A stretch of DNA of 58,303 nt, filler included, from Platydemus manokwari (lineage: Eukaryota): assembly GCA_037951405.1 (NCBI GenBank). It is 6 parts of 6 records of this genome, joined end to end, with 100 filler letters (N's around TTAATTAATTAA, not from the genome) between each part and the next. Parts side by side here need not be neighbours in the genome. Positions count along the whole stretch, not along the records: positions 9,998 to 19,408 come from JBBMOY011253429.1; positions 19,509 to 28,593 come from JBBMOY011301984.1; 4 more parts are not named here. One strand, written 5' to 3'. The position numbers and the translations under genes are program-made. A model generated the notes under the pieces. That model worked only from the letters and a program-made list of their open reading frames with translations. It was not told the origin of the DNA and made no database searches. Shown here piece after piece: positions 12,964 through 27,806 of this stretch (position 1 is its first letter; the number at the start of each line of letters is the position of its first letter).

Positions 12964-13567
12964 GGCTTAAGTTAAGAGAAGGGTTCTTTTGACCTATTTT
13001 CGTAATGATGCATTTTAGCGCTTGAGGTAATTTTATAACATAATTTTATATATCATTTCGATGTTTGGTTTATTCGTATAATTCATTTAATAGGTTCCAT
13101 TTTAGAATCCGAATAGGGACAAAACATTGTTTTTAAACCAAGTTCATATACTAATAACAAAACTTCCACACAAGTTTTTGATTTTGTAAACTTATATTTA
13201 TTTATATTATAAATACAATTAGGAAGTTAATGACATGTTTAATATTCCAGTATTACACGTTTTTATCAAATAGTTGTATAATTGAAAGTATCTCTCAATT
13301 TGCTTCTAATATAAAAAAAAGTCCTCGCTAATTTCAATAAATTGTAATTTGATCTAATTTGATCCGTTTTTCAAATAATAAAATTTTCGATTTTGAAGCT
13401 CCAGTGTTTTTCACATTTGAATTCAAACAAATAAATTCTTCTTAAGCACTTAAATCAAAATTTCAAAATGTTTTTAAAGAATATTACTAAATACCCTATA
13501 TAGATTTTTGCAGTACACTCAAAAAATTAAAGAAAGATATTTTAAGACACTTTTATTAACTTTAGCC
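12964..13567 (-). mobile_element. MITE family A, copy 2 (604 bp, inverted)
   Basis: Ends GGCTTAAGTTAAGAGAAGGGTTC ... GACACTTTTATTAACTTTAGCC. Internal blocks such as TCTCTCAATTTGCTTCT and GTCCTCGCTAATTTCAATAAATTG are reverse complements of copy 1 blocks. Confidence 0.8.
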
Positions 13568-14220
13568 TGGATTTCATTCAAGACCAGTTCGAGTATTTTC
13601 TGATTGCTTCAAAACCTTTGAATAATTCAAACTATGATTTCAATTGTACATTAGATTTTTAGTAATACATAGAAGAGCATTTATATAAGTTGAATTAGAG
13701 TTTGGATTTACCAGGTATGAAAATTCAATCATACCTCGATTCATCAATTACTAAGTGATAATACTTAATTTCATATAATTGTTATATTAAAATTGTGTAT
13801 TACTTGACTTTTTTGAAATTTTAAACTATTATCAAAACATCTAAATGCCAGTAATAAATTTGGATTATTTTTTAATTTAATAAAATCATTGAATAATATT
13901 TATAACATAAATATTAAACAAAACTTTAATAATTTTCGTTTAAAATCAATGATAATCAATATATAATTGATTTGAAAGAACAATATAATTTGTATTGTTA
14001 AAATATAAAAATAGCCACGATTGATTAAAATTAGCAAATCATATGTATTTAATAACATTTCGCATGTTTAACAATAAATTTCATTCTAATTCACATCAAA
14101 TCATTATCAATCTGGTTTGAATAAATTGAACAAATAACAATTGCGATCTCATAAATTCGCTACAGCCATTGTTTGAATTAAACAAATTATTGATTAAAAT
14201 ACTTATATATCTTCCAAAAC

Positions 14221-15565
14221 ATGTTACAAACCCTTGGATGGATTGATTATCTAGTAGCAAGTTTATTACTCATAGCCAGTCTCGGTATTGGGATTTATTT
14301 TGGATTTTTTGAGCGTAAAATACGAAAACAGAAATTGAATGAAAATGAAACAACTGAGTTCCTATTGGGAGGTAGACAAATGACCGTTGTCCCTGTATCA
14401 TGTTCATTACTGGCTAGTTTCTTCTCGGCAATAGCATTATTAGGTTAGAATTGTTGCATTATTTAACTAATTCATTTATTTAAGGCACTCCAAATGAAAT
14501 TTATCAACACGGTGTTGCCTATTGGTTAATTGGAATCGGTTTCATTTTCAACGTATGTGTCAGTTCTCTACTTTTTGTTCCAATATTTTACAATCTTGGA
14601 ATCACATCTTCTTTACAAGTAATTAATTTGAAATTAATTCCATTTTAAATATAATTTTCTTGTTTAAATATATTAAAGAAATTCATAGAATAATAATTAT
14701 ATTTATTTTTTAATAATTATTTATGAAAAAGGAAAGTTATACTTTTGAGACTCTTTTTATATCTCATTAATAGCACAGGTGATATTAAACTAAAATGAAA
14801 TAATTATAATGAAGACTTGTAAATAAGACCACTCCACGAAATAAAAAAACATTTGTTCACCACCCCCAGATTCTCCCAGACAAATAATAAATTACTGAAA
14901 TATTATATGTATATTAAAATATATCTCATTAATATCACAACAAGCGATTTTGAAGCAAAATGTAATATTTATAGACGTTCATGTTCCAACGGCAAGTTAT
15001 GATGATAAATCTGTATCACTAATAAATACACAAGTGAAAGAATTTCCAATATATAAATTCAAAATTCTATCAAATGTTAATCAAAGCTTAAAACAAAATT
15101 TAACAATGAAATTACAAAAAGAAATCAATTTCAAATTCGAAAAATTACAACAACTAATATCAAAGTTTAATCCATCAAAAATTAATGATTTTTTAATGTT
15201 CGGAGAATCATATTTAACTTTTAGAAGGATTTTAGGCCTTTGATATGAAATCAGTTAATTAAAAATGGTGATCTAAAATTCAAGTATTGCGACAATGCAA
15301 TCAAAGTAAAAATTCTGTTAATCTTTCCAAACGAAATGAATAAATAATGATATTATTACAATTATATAATATTGCCGTTACAATTGAAAGTGTTCAATTT
15401 ATAGGCAGCTAAAATAACATGTGATGTTTATGATGTCAAATTTATAACGTTGTATGTGATTTTTAAAATTAATAAATATTGTTAATATTGAATTTTTAGT
15501 ACTTGGGAATACGATTTTCAAAAGCAAATCAAGTAATAGGTGCCTTATGTTTCATTCTGCAGACG
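14221..15565 (+). CDS. Sodium:solute symporter (SLC5A6/SLC5A8/SLC5A12-like), 5' part only
   Basis: Exons 14221-14443, 14485-14618 and 15500-15565 give DYLVASLLLIASLGIGIYF...[39 protein letters not shown]...FVPIFYNLGITSSLQ-YLGIRFS, the typical SSS N-terminus. No further exons were recognised before the contig end at 19408. Confidence 0.88.
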
Positions 15566-18500
15566 GTAAGATTTGTGATTATTATATATAAATAAAAATT
15601 TTATGAACAATAATATTAATATTAGCATTATCGTTACTATTATTATTATTATTATCATTATTATTCATCCACCTATCAACGTATTTTATTTTCGACAACC
15701 TTTTATTTTTTTAAAATTTTTAAAATTTTTTATTTTCAATTTTTTTTCAAACTTATTAACAAAAAATTGAATTATTATATTAAGTTTTCAGTTTGAAATG
15801 GAATGTTTTTGTTTTAATTGATCTCGTTTTGAATTGTTTTGTTTTTGTACTGGAAATCGACGGAATTAAATAATTCAAAGCGAAATAAATCTTTTGCTAA
15901 AAACGTTTTAAAACAATTTGTCTTATTAATTATTATTTGAAAAAAAAATGGTTCTATTTCGCTTTTAATATTATTCGATTTTGTTGGTTGTTTTTTCTTT
16001 TTGTGTTACTAGTTGATTTTGTAATTAGATTGTTAGAATAATTATTTTTTCTTTTTTCATTTCAAATTCCATTATATTATTTTCCCGTGTTAATTTCCAA
16101 TAAATAATTATTAATGATATTGCGATTCCTAACCTTTGAGGAGGAGTCCTTGTGATTTAACCTTATTCCTATATATTGCTTCTCATATTGTATTATTTTT
16201 AAAATTTCTATATTTTCATCGTTGCTTGAATTGTTTCTAGTCATCCGAGAAAGGAAACAGCATTTGTTGTAAATCTATTATTAACAATCTCATTAATCAT
16301 GAGACATTTGGATAATCTCTTGTATAATATCGTTAAGAAAAAAAATTTCTTACCCATGCTTGTGTGTTTACTTTTAAGTGTGTATCTGCATAGAAATGCC
16401 AATAAGATTATATGACAGCCATAATTATTCTTTTGTGTATTCTCATTTTTAGATGATGTTTAAAGATTCTTATAATCTTCTTAATAAATATTACTGCACT
16501 TTCCATGATGACTGTTTTTCTTCATAATTTATGTTATGATTACAGTGTTGTGATCATTATTTGGAATTGGTGTAATTGTCAGTGCGCTCTTGGACAAAAA
16601 TGGTTAAACTATTTTCTGACCAACTATTTCTTACATATTTCATGAATTACGCTTCATAATTCATTAAAAATTCTCTAATTTTCAGTTTAATATTGGTTAT
16701 TAGCCCAGTTGTGAAAATATTCTCAGGATTTCAAACAATAAATAGATATCATGGTATTGTTTTCATCTACTATACCCTTTTCTTCAGCATTCACAAATTA
16801 TTTTCCACTCACCCATTGACGATTGTTTGATCATTTTATAGTTATTTTTTACTTAATCTAAACATAGAAATGTTTTCTACTACAACTTGATCGTAAATCT
16901 CGCCAATGATGATAGCAGAACAAAATTTCAATTGATCTTTCAGTTCTGGTCTCTTATTTGAATTGGAATGCCAATGATTGTTTCAAAGAATGGCCTTTAT
17001 TATTTTCAATGATCAGATATTTGCAATAATAGATTTGTCTTTCAAAAACTTTTACTTAATATTCTCGGAAATTCCACACAAAAGCTCCATTAGGAAGTCA
17101 TTGTTCGAACTGTGCTTTTGATGTAAATCATAAAATTTTTCGATTTTATATAAGTATTTTGGAACTAAATTAGTTTTAAAACATAAATAAATTGCTCAAC
17201 GAAACAAATGAATGTTCAAGATTTAGTTAAAAAAAGAAAAAAAAATTAAAGTAACACTTTCCTTTGTAGTATTTATTGTAATGATATCTGATTAAGTAAT
17301 ATAAAAACTATAGTTTGAGCATTTATTTAACCATGTTCACCATTCGGTTCAATTAAAGCAGTTTGCGCCAACCTTGAAAGTGGAAAATAATTTATTAATA
17401 TTATTAAAATTACCGGTTTTTAAACAAAATAAAAACCACTCACCGGTTAATAAATTTTAATACAAAAAAATGACAAAAATATAATAATAAAAAATAATTG
17501 AAACTCTGGACGTCTGAAACTTGACCTCTGTTCCAAATTGAAAACCTTAGAACAAATTGATAAGAATAATACAATTGATTTTTAATGGAATCTGGAATAT
17601 TTTTAGTTCAGTGTTTCAGTCATGTCCTATTTTAACTTTTAATGAATTTAAAATTTTTAAATCAGCATTACTATTGCTTAAAAAGGCTTAAAGACGTGTT
17701 TCGGTATAAGACATCTATTTTACCATGATAAATCAACGTTGAATTAATTGACACATGTTGTTTTATATATGAGATTTTATTCTCTACGACAAGGACTTGA
17801 TTATGATGCTATCACTGTAAAAAGCCTTTTGAAATATTTTGAAATGAACGTCAGTTCGATATTTATTTATCCCATAAACCAAGACACGCAGATTTTTATA
17901 TTATTAGCATTTTGGTTTTTCTTCTCTACCGGATAGTTTCTACTTCTCATTATCAAATATATCATTCAATGATTCGCTTATTTGTGGATTTCAATATGCT
18001 GCGTTTTCACTAACTTCACTAAGAGCTGTCATGGTTGTATTTTTGTTTGATATTAGCATATCCCACACAACAATAACATGTAATTAGTTATGAATATTAT
18101 TAATTTTTATAAATTTAATTATGATAAAATACACAGAAATTAAATTTTTGTGTCCAGCATAAATAGAATATAATATTTTCAATAATCATTATATCAAAAT
18201 ATAATAGTAATTATTATCAAGAATTTTACATATACAATGACAATATTGGATCTGCATGATTTAGAATCCAACTTCTCGTTTAATTATCCTACTCCAAATA
18301 AGTAAACATGTATGCTTCTCTAAAAATATTTTTATAATACCTTTACAACTTTATCAAATTGGTACATATAAAAATCAATACCTTAACATAAGTTTAATTA
18401 TAAGTCAAAGGATAGATCAAGACCATGCACGATTCTGTGTTACTGGTCGAGGAACTATCGCTGACCGTACAACTAGTTTCGAAGTTATTTTTACCATACT

Positions 18501-19408
18501 GTATAACTTTCTATGTTTACATCTCCCCGATCGTATAAACAATAATACTTTGACTAAACCCTAAAAAAATTTAATCATCTCCGTGATTCTGACTCAGCTG
18601 ATGCTCTTTGGTATGCTCGAGAGAATTGTCTTTCACCAACCGTGTTTATTAAACGTCTTGATTTCAGATTAATATTTTTATTAGTCTCCGCGCTAGTTCC
18701 TACAAAATTCAAGTATGGTAATATCTTTCTGATTGCTTTGATATTTATATCGATTTACTTACACCACTGTGCAGTAATCCAATCATTTTAATTCTAGATG
18801 GCAACTGCCAAAAATATCACCAATTTAACTAAATCGGTGATAAATATATCAAAACCACACTAACTTACGGAATTTATCAATTAAAATTTTTTTACATTCC
18901 TTTATTGGAATTTATTAATTATCTTTATTAACTTTTTTAAGTCTAATTTTGTTATTAATTTATATTTTAATTATAAGAGTGGTACTTTTAATCTCTTATT
19001 GTCTATTATATTTATTTATACTTTGATTTTATTTAATAATCTCTATTTATTATACTTAATCATATATGGGATCTTCAATAATATCGCTATTCAATAGGTA
19101 TTGTACGGACTGTAACCATTATAATGAATAAATTTCAAAAATATGTCAAGACAAAATTGAACATTAAAATGATATTTCTTAAAATTCTTGTCAATCTTTT
19201 AAAGCAATAACAAAATGAATTTAATTTTTGAAATTTACTTTTAAATGATAGTAATAAAATAAAACATTTTAACAAATACAATTACATCATATTTAATAAC
19301 ATTATCAACGAATTTTTATTTTTATTTTTTGGTTCTCTGAACATTATAAAACGATATTTGATGTGTATCGTTTTTCATTAATATATTTAGAGTAATCAAT
19401 GAAGGATG

Positions 19409-19508
19409 NNNNNNNNNNNNNNNNNNNNNNNNNNNNNNNNNNNNNNNNNNNNTTAATTAATTAANNNNNNNNNNNNNNNNNNNNNNNNNNNNNNNNNNNN
19501 NNNNNNNN
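19409..19508. other. Artificial contig linker
   Basis: N44-TTAATTAATTAA-N44. Confidence 0.97.
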
Positions 19509-21058
19509 TTATTATTATTATTATCATTATCATCATTATTACTACTATTATTATTTAATAAATACAAGAGTACATAAGAAGAGAATTCGTAGTAAATTAA
19601 TCCCAATAATCTTGTTATGATTAGCGAAAGAGACAAATCAATTCTTTGTTATAATTATAAAATCAGTTTGTTTTCGATAATTCAAGCCAATATATAAAAT
19701 GCCCACCATTTTGACTTGATGTTATTGGTGATGGAAAATTTGATGCCGAATCGTCATTAATTATCGTAAATTTCTCCATAAACGAGTCAATTAATCATGA
19801 TGAAGGAAAGCTATAAAGGCTGATAAAGAAAATATTATAATCACACCAATAGAGTTGATATCGAATATATAGATCTGATTAATTTCATAAATAAATATAG
19901 AAATTCTGCATAATTAATTAATGCAGTCAATGTGACAACAAATTAGAAGAAATACTCACAACAACGTTATCGATATGTGAGTAAGTCAATAATTGAAGAG
20001 TCAACTTATTTAGATTCTGGTGTCAGAAGAAATACATTTAACAAATTGATAACCATTTTTTGGAATCGAGTTTCGATAGTTGTTAATAAATTTGAATATT
20101 TTTTCCAAATTAAATTAAAAATAATTTATTAGATTATATATTTCCCAGTGCTATTGATTCGGTGGGTGGGGGGTACGATTGGAATTGATGAATATTTATT
20201 CTTGTTTTTACCTCAAATTTTGGTTAGGAAATTTTTGTTTACCATAAATATGATATATCGAAATTATGGAATTATAATTTTTTTGTTTGAATACACTCAA
20301 ATTATTCGACTTAAATGACTCAATTTCAATGAAACTAGTCATGGAATCGAATGGCAATAGTTGACATCTGTGAAAGTAGACAATTCAGATCAATGAATCA
20401 GTAGCTACTCAGAAATGCTGATAACAAACTATGAGCATAATCGAGAGCAATAAAAATATTTCAGAGGTGGTTTTTTTATTTCATTATTATAAATGAAACA
20501 ATGTTAATAATATTTTTAATTACCAGCATGGACGTTGGATTCCTGTAAGCATCAACAGTAATAATAACCTATTAATAATAATGATATCTTATTTCTTGAT
20601 CCAATAATAGTTATAACTTGTTTCAACAAATATTAATAAATATAAAATTATATATTATTTATTTATTCCATTTCTATGATTAATATATTGATAAACCTGA
20701 GAAAATAATTATTATTATCATTTATTCATCAAACAGAGCTGGCTCATGTTCCAAATTATTACATATATGTATAATGAAAGAATACATTATTAAATTCCCC
20801 TTCATAATTTTGCATGTGATTTAACAAAATCTATTACAAAATAAATATACATCGATACATGTATTACATCAACGTGAAAATAAAGATTTTTACAAGTAAA
20901 CAAGAGAAAGTTAATTCATATTCATGTAAAAGTTATTGAATTTAAGCAATTTTCTCGAAACCTCAACATAAATAATCGATTCTGTTCCTCATTGTAAGTA
21001 TGATCCCTTGCCCGGACTATGGAGTTGGTCGATCAATAAGGTAACGGCTTGCTACAAA

Positions 21059-22630
21059 TCATTCCTTCCCTCTTGGACAAATCGGATCATCATCGTTACT
21101 AGCTCTTCCATTATCATTAGCTTTCATAACTTTTTGCTTAACATGTTTCTTTTTCGTTACATATTTAACTCTGGTGATCGGTTCTATATTTTTTCTATCA
21201 TCACTAGAATAAATAGGCGCAATTGGTTTGGCGCGACGACCGATTTGACCCCTAATTACATCAATCTTATTGTTAATGTTAACAATTATTGAATGCATGC
21301 AGTCACCGTCTGTTCCTATTAATCACAGAGTTAAAATTCCCTCCATTTACTATAGTTGATGTAGATTTTAACGTAGTGGTCGAAGTATATTTATAAATTT
21401 CAGTTTGAATACATTTGTTAAATAAACTCTTTATCCAATTCTGCCTCTGGATCTCTTTCTCGTTGGTGGGTGAAGATTTCGATCTATTTCTAAAATCATT
21501 AATCATATCACAGACATTCGGAGCCCAAACTTTCAGATAACTATAATTGTTATTAATCAGAAAATTAATACAATATTTATTATAATTACAAATAATATTT
21601 AGCCTTATAATAGAGTTTGCATGGTTAATACCATGGCAACAGATATCTAAATGACTACCTTTAATATGGTCATAAAAGGATGAACAGCAAACATCATATA
21701 ATAAATGAATAGATAATTCCGCTTTATCAATAAAAATCTCACACTGACATAACTGGCCGGGTAAATGCGGTAAGAATTAAATATAGTATTGATAGAGATT
21801 ATAATTTCATTAACAACATTAATTTTTCGAAATCTATTACTGAAACATTTTAATGATTTACAGTAAACAGAGCAAAAAAAATTTAAAAATTTACATATAT
21901 TAACTTTATTGGAACTGACAAAGATAAATGAAAAGTTAGTTATCAATAGATTAATTGAATTCTTGCAAACTCCACAAAATTTATAACAGTTAGTTTTAAT
22001 GAAATTGAATTAGAAATCACTATATAAGATCTATACCACTACACTATATATAAATACGTAAATGAGTTATCAAAAACTGGAGTACCCGTCTGGGGATTAA
22101 TGCCAACACTGGTCTCGACCTTATTACCAGACCGGGGAATTAGTATCGGTTTAGTCCCTATATAATTACAATCAATACCCACATCCTGTTTCAAAACATT
22201 ACAGCAGTCTGTTCTTTCCGGGTCCAAATCCACTTGTTCACATTCGTGATGACAAGCATACGCATGCCTATCCCTAAACTTCAAGATACGGTCACTATCA
22301 CCATCTCCATTCATTCTTCCCGTGGACATAGATGAAATGAGATCATTAACAAATGAGTTATCATTGTGGCCAGAGTTACCACTCAAACCATTGGTATTAT
22401 TAAAATCGTTATTAATAGTAACATTACATACCGCACCATTGAACACCTAGAACCAGCAAAGGTCCCAGGGTCACCGGCAATTTTTCTCTGATCATTATCA
22501 GGTAAGTTTAAAGTAACCACTTTTTCTGGTGCAAAATTATAATTACTAACCTCTAACCATTAAGGTGACGTTATTAATGGAATCAAAGTTTAATTCACAT
22601 GCAGGGTCTTTGGCCGTTGAATTAGAGTTA
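21059..22630 (-). other. Unidentified coding-like region (disrupted ORFs; gene or N-terminal part of a retroelement)
   Basis: Four same-strand ORFs (135, 99, 67 and 79 aa), partly in sequence richer in GC than the flanks, with Cys/His clusters (HAYACHHEC, NCYKFCGVC, DICCHGINH). One plausible GT-AG intron near 21251-21306. No complete model could be built. Confidence 0.35.
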
Positions 22631-25600
22631 TAATTAATTTTTGAATTTAAATTAATTCTTTTTATTCGAAAATTAGAAATTTGAATTGCAAAAGATTTAT
22701 TTAAATTAAACGGTAAAAATGATTAAAAAGTAAAGAAGTAAATTAAAAAATAGGCAATATTTTAAATTACAGCGTTGGCAATAATTTAAAATTTAAACAT
22801 TAATTTTTACCAAAAATTGGCGCTAAAGTTAAAATGATTAGTTAAAATTCAAATCCAAAGATTTCACAATTCTTAAGGTTCTATACTTTAATTACAGATA
22901 GTTACAACGATCAGGGAAAACAAATCGCCAAACTGCAAGGGAAAGATTCAAGTCTGTCAACATTAGGTTTGGACGAGAAGATGAAGAGAATGATTCAAAG
23001 AAAAGAAAAGAAACCAGTAGGTTAAAATTTATGTTTAGAGGAAAGTGTCAGCACATTCAAGTCTTTATTCCCTCCGTATCTCTTTTTTTCTGATGTTCGA
23101 TGTAAGCCAAATTTGCTTTATCTTTTATTTTGGTTAAAATATCACGAAGTAAGCTTTCAGAAACACTTATAATAATAAACGCTTACTTCGTGATATTGGG
23201 CCTCTTTCTCCGAAGTTTATTTGCAGGTGTCGGTTTGGGTAGGCTTGACAATTCTGAGTTTCTTTGTATTCCATTACTAGAGAGAAATGTTTTCATTTGG
23301 TTGGTTACAATCTTAGTCTTTTCTTCGCATTAGCAGACGTCTTCGGTGTCAAGCTATACGATGTTTTTGGAATTGACACTGATGATGACGAGGATCCATT
23401 TCTTTGATTGCGGTCAAAATATTAATTCCACGTTATCGAAATATTTGAAATATCTAATGCCAGTGTTCTACTCAGAAAGGGTTCAAGTATAAGGAATTTT
23501 TTGGAACTTAATTTTCTTTCTGCCTATTATAATCAAATGGCTTTCTGAGACGAGCAGATGATCGTCTTGATATTTGTTGTTAGCTTGGTATTTTCTGGTT
23601 GGCCTCCTCTAACATTTGTGGTTCAAAAGTATAGCCCCGAAGGCATTAATGTCGATGTCATTGATTTGCCGTTTGTTGGCGTTGTTGACCGCGTAACAAC
23701 AGGTTAATGGCCAACATCCGTCGTATTATTGTTATTTTTATTCTTAGGGTTAAAATTATTTACTGATTTAAAAGTAAGCCTTGAATTAGATTAGATATAA
23801 TCTTGTAATGAAATCTTTTTATGATTTTCTCTCATACTATCAGTGATGTTTCTAACACAGGCCTACATTTATTAAAAAAATATCTCATGGTTTGGTGAAT
23901 GAAAGTTAAAATAAGATAATATAAACGAATTTTTATATCTGCTTGGAACCAAAATAATACTTGATACAGTTGATAATATTTTCGATCAACAACTGTTTAT
24001 CAATAAACAAAGTTTTGGTTAAAAGACAAGAATTAAATCTTGATATTTGTATTAATAAACAATCACTTGCTTTACGCCATGACTTTTGTAAAAACAATTT
24101 AAACTATTTGCAGTACAATAAGTAATTCAGAAGACATTGAACAGAGTAAAAATTTGATAAAAATTTCAAATTATGATTTTAAATAGAAAATATATTGATA
24201 TATCAAAAATATAAATAATCGATGACTTGTTTGGATATTTGGATTGAATATATTTGTCGGGTTGGATATCTGAATTAGTTTGCAATGAGAACTTGATGAA
24301 TTTGTAACAACAAATTATTAAATAGTTAAATATGCTATTCAGTTAGTGTCGTGTTTGTAATGATCTACCCATTCAAAAATTAATATGAATTTAATGCTCC
24401 AGTATAATAATTATTAAAAATATCTTCAAATACATTTTTCAATGAAGTTGCTTTCGATAATTTGTAATGATAAATGATAATTTTATCATATATAGTTATT
24501 TTTATCAAATCATTTTTTTTCATTATATGTTTATTATGTGTTTACAATAATATAATACCAAGGCTTACTTTACTCTAAAATCTTTAATAATATTATTATT
24601 ATAATAAAAATATTATATTAATTTATAATATAAAATAAAATTTTTATTCAAAGTTTTTCATGGACGTTTGTGATTGATTGAATCAATCGATAAATGCCGA
24701 AACCGGATATTTTTATTTGCCTCAAATTTACTGTGGACCAAAATTTCGAAAACGATTTGAAAATGGAATGAATATCAGATTCAATAAATCTCATCAACAA
24801 CATTCTGGGAATGATTATTATTCAAAGAAAATCAATGCTAATAATTGTGAAATCTACAACAAAACGTCCGACGAACGAAAAAGGGTGAAAAAAGCTGATA
24901 TACGATAATCACTGGGGCGAAATGAATACATTATAAATCAAACATCAAAGAAATAAAATTAATATATATTTAGTTTTACTTTTAAATTTACCGACAATAT
25001 TATTATTAACCAAATTTTTCGGACGGTTATAAATATTGTAAAAATGTAATATATTTACTTATGGATATCGATTGTTTGTTGTACAGGAATATGTATACAT
25101 TAGGTTTTGATTTTTTGGGTTTTGAATTATTATTGTTATTATTGAGATCTAAGCAACAGAATTATTGCCGCTTGAATATTAGTATTTTTGAAAGCATTAT
25201 AATTATAATAGTTGTTTTCAAAATGATAGTAGCCTTACAACAATAGTAAATTGATGTATTAATTACCTCTACTTTAGTTCTTTGCATTCGATATTTACTT
25301 TTTACTGTACAGTAAGAGTAACAAGTCTTATTATATTAATGAGAATCGAATCTCTTTTATCTACCATTAGTCGATTAACAAATTCATATAATCACATCCG
25401 GCTTTAAGTTGTTTCACGTTACTAAATGCATTCCAAAAACAATCTTATATTTGATTGTATTTCACGTTAAAAATCCTATTTGAATTGATTTTGAAATATT
25501 AACGTGAATGTAAATCGCCACTATTTTTTGACGCAAGCTTAGAAAACCATAGGATAACCAAATTATTCAAACAAATTGCTATATTTATCATAAATATTTA

Positions 25601-27570
25601 TGAAGACAATTCATGGAGTTTATTGAAAAGCCCTTATGGTTGAATGACGAACATTACATCATCGCCAATCTATAATGAATAAAATTCATCAGATTAGAAG
25701 CACTAATCTGTTCATTAGTTTATTAGCCTGTACTTCATGATGTAATCATAAGTGAACGCATTCATGATTTTTTCCAACAAGGCCTTAGCCTGATTATGGA
25801 AGCTTGTTCCAAAATGAACCAAATCCATATAAAAGTAATGTTTATAATCATAGAAAACCACTCATTATGAACTAAACAAACCCTTTTTTCCAATATGAAA
25901 TTAGAAAGACTCGACATTTGATAGATTTCATACTGATTTTTACAACGAGTTCTTTTTTGGTATCTCTTTACAAATGATTCATTATCTTTATTACTACAAC
26001 ACATAAATCTCTCTAATATAGAGAAAATTATATTATCGCTCAGATCGACACAATGTCAAACTCAATGATGAGCATAGATCAGAATCGATAAATTATTCAT
26101 TATTTTTTGTGAAATATTCTATATTTTACTGTTAACTTGATCAAATTCTCATTAATTGCTTTTTAGTTTTTCTTTTCTAATTCAAGTTCATCACTAACTC
26201 TCCAGACTTAATTGGAACGTCAAGTTTGTTTAATAATGTTCGAATAATACATTTGAAAAATATAAAAGTGATAAACTAATTAAAGAAATTTAATTAAATC
26301 GATTATTGGAAGGAATTTTTTTGAAATTAAAGATGTACTTTACTGTGGTTTTTAAATATTCTTAAGGGTATTTTTTGTCGAAGGTCAAAGAATTTATTTT
26401 TAAATTTCCTTTAACGATTCAATTTTGCGACTTGAAATTCTAAAACCACTTATGTCATCTTAATTTATAATATTTCCATTGGTGGAAAAAACTTACGGGA
26501 ATCTGTACACATTAATGTTATTTATAAGTTCCTGTCTAAAGTGGAGTATAAAATTGTTGGGTCTAAGTGATGCAGAGCACAACAATAGTCGTTATTATTG
26601 ATCTAAATGCAAAAGACAAGTAAGGTGTTTATTTATTTTTACACTATAGAAGGTACTTTAATGTACAAGATGAAATAAGTTCGTCAATAAAAATCAGGCT
26701 AAGTCCTGACACAAAATTGAAAATACTAGTCGATGATCCACCTTGCTAATCTTCTTGTAAATACTATTAAGGAACAAACAAACGTTACAAACAAAATACA
26801 CGTTTGCCTTTGTACTCTACATTATAGATTCAAAATCACTATTCCAGAATAATTTATAACATTTAATAATAAGTAATTAAATTAACCTAAAATCGCTTAC
26901 AACATTCCTCTGAAATTCGATTCTTAGTAAATGGCTTCTCTTGATATACTTGAAAATTCGTCCTCTATATTTCTTTCTTATTCGGATCAGTAAACTTGTT
27001 TTATCTCGAAATTCTACGAATGACAATCTTAATAGGATTGCTTCCGTATTTATACCGGTTTACTTGCAGCACTGTGTAGCAACTAATCAATTTTATTTTT
27101 GTATGCCGAATTCCCACCAATTTTATTAAATCGATGACTTTCTATCCTTAAATCAGACAAATTAGTTACATAGATTTATAATCCCGCCAAAAGGTCAGAG
27201 TTAAATTTTCCACCAACTATATTAAGTTGGTAATTTGGCCTGTATTTGTTCTTTTTTGTGACAATTCCTCAAGGGCTTATAACTGATGTGATTTAAATTT
27301 CAACAAAGACACGGTTTAACATTATTTTCTGTCATTTTATGCTTATTTATATTTTTATTAGCTGGGCTCTTTAAAATTATGCTAAAATTATTTTGTGAAT
27401 AAAATAATGATAATAAACTTAAAAATATTATCACTTTTAAACTTCATTTTACTTTAAATTTATAAGTTTTTATTGAATCGATTAGATAAATATTATTGTT
27501 TTATTTCAGTAATTTATGATAATTACTATACTTCATTTTAAAATAACTTCGTCATAAACATTTCAAAATT

Positions 27571-27806
27571 AGCTTAAGTTAAGAAAAGGGGTTCTTTGAT
27601 CTACTTTCGTAATGATGAATTTTGGCGCTGAAGATAATTTTATAATTTAATTTTATATATAATTACGATGTTAGATTTATTTATATAATTCATTTAATAT
27701 CTCACATTTCAGAACGTCTAACAGGGATAAAACATAGTATATATATTTTGAAATAAACTCATCAAATATAAAATTTAATTTTTTGACCCCTTATCTTAAC
27801 TTTAAT
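27571..27806 (-). mobile_element. MITE family A, internally deleted copy
   Basis: Starts AGCTTAAGTTAAGAAAAGGGGTTCTTTGATCTACTTTCGTAATGATG (matches 12964 onward) and ends GACCCCTTATCTTAACTTTAA. Confidence 0.7.

Noticed and set aside
14950-15243. 97-aa ORF in SLC5 intron 2
   Set aside because: TTG start, K/N/I-rich composition expected from AT-rich DNA, no transporter similarity; at most a transposon scrap.
20018-20029. TGGTGTCAGAAG, a classic tRNA-Leu primer-binding site
   Set aside because: No upstream CA-ending LTR or downstream gag; equally explained as a minus-strand splice acceptor or chance.
26530-26610. KWSIKLLGLSDA resembling piggyBac KYGIK.W.L.DA
   Set aside because: A single short motif without supporting neighbours.
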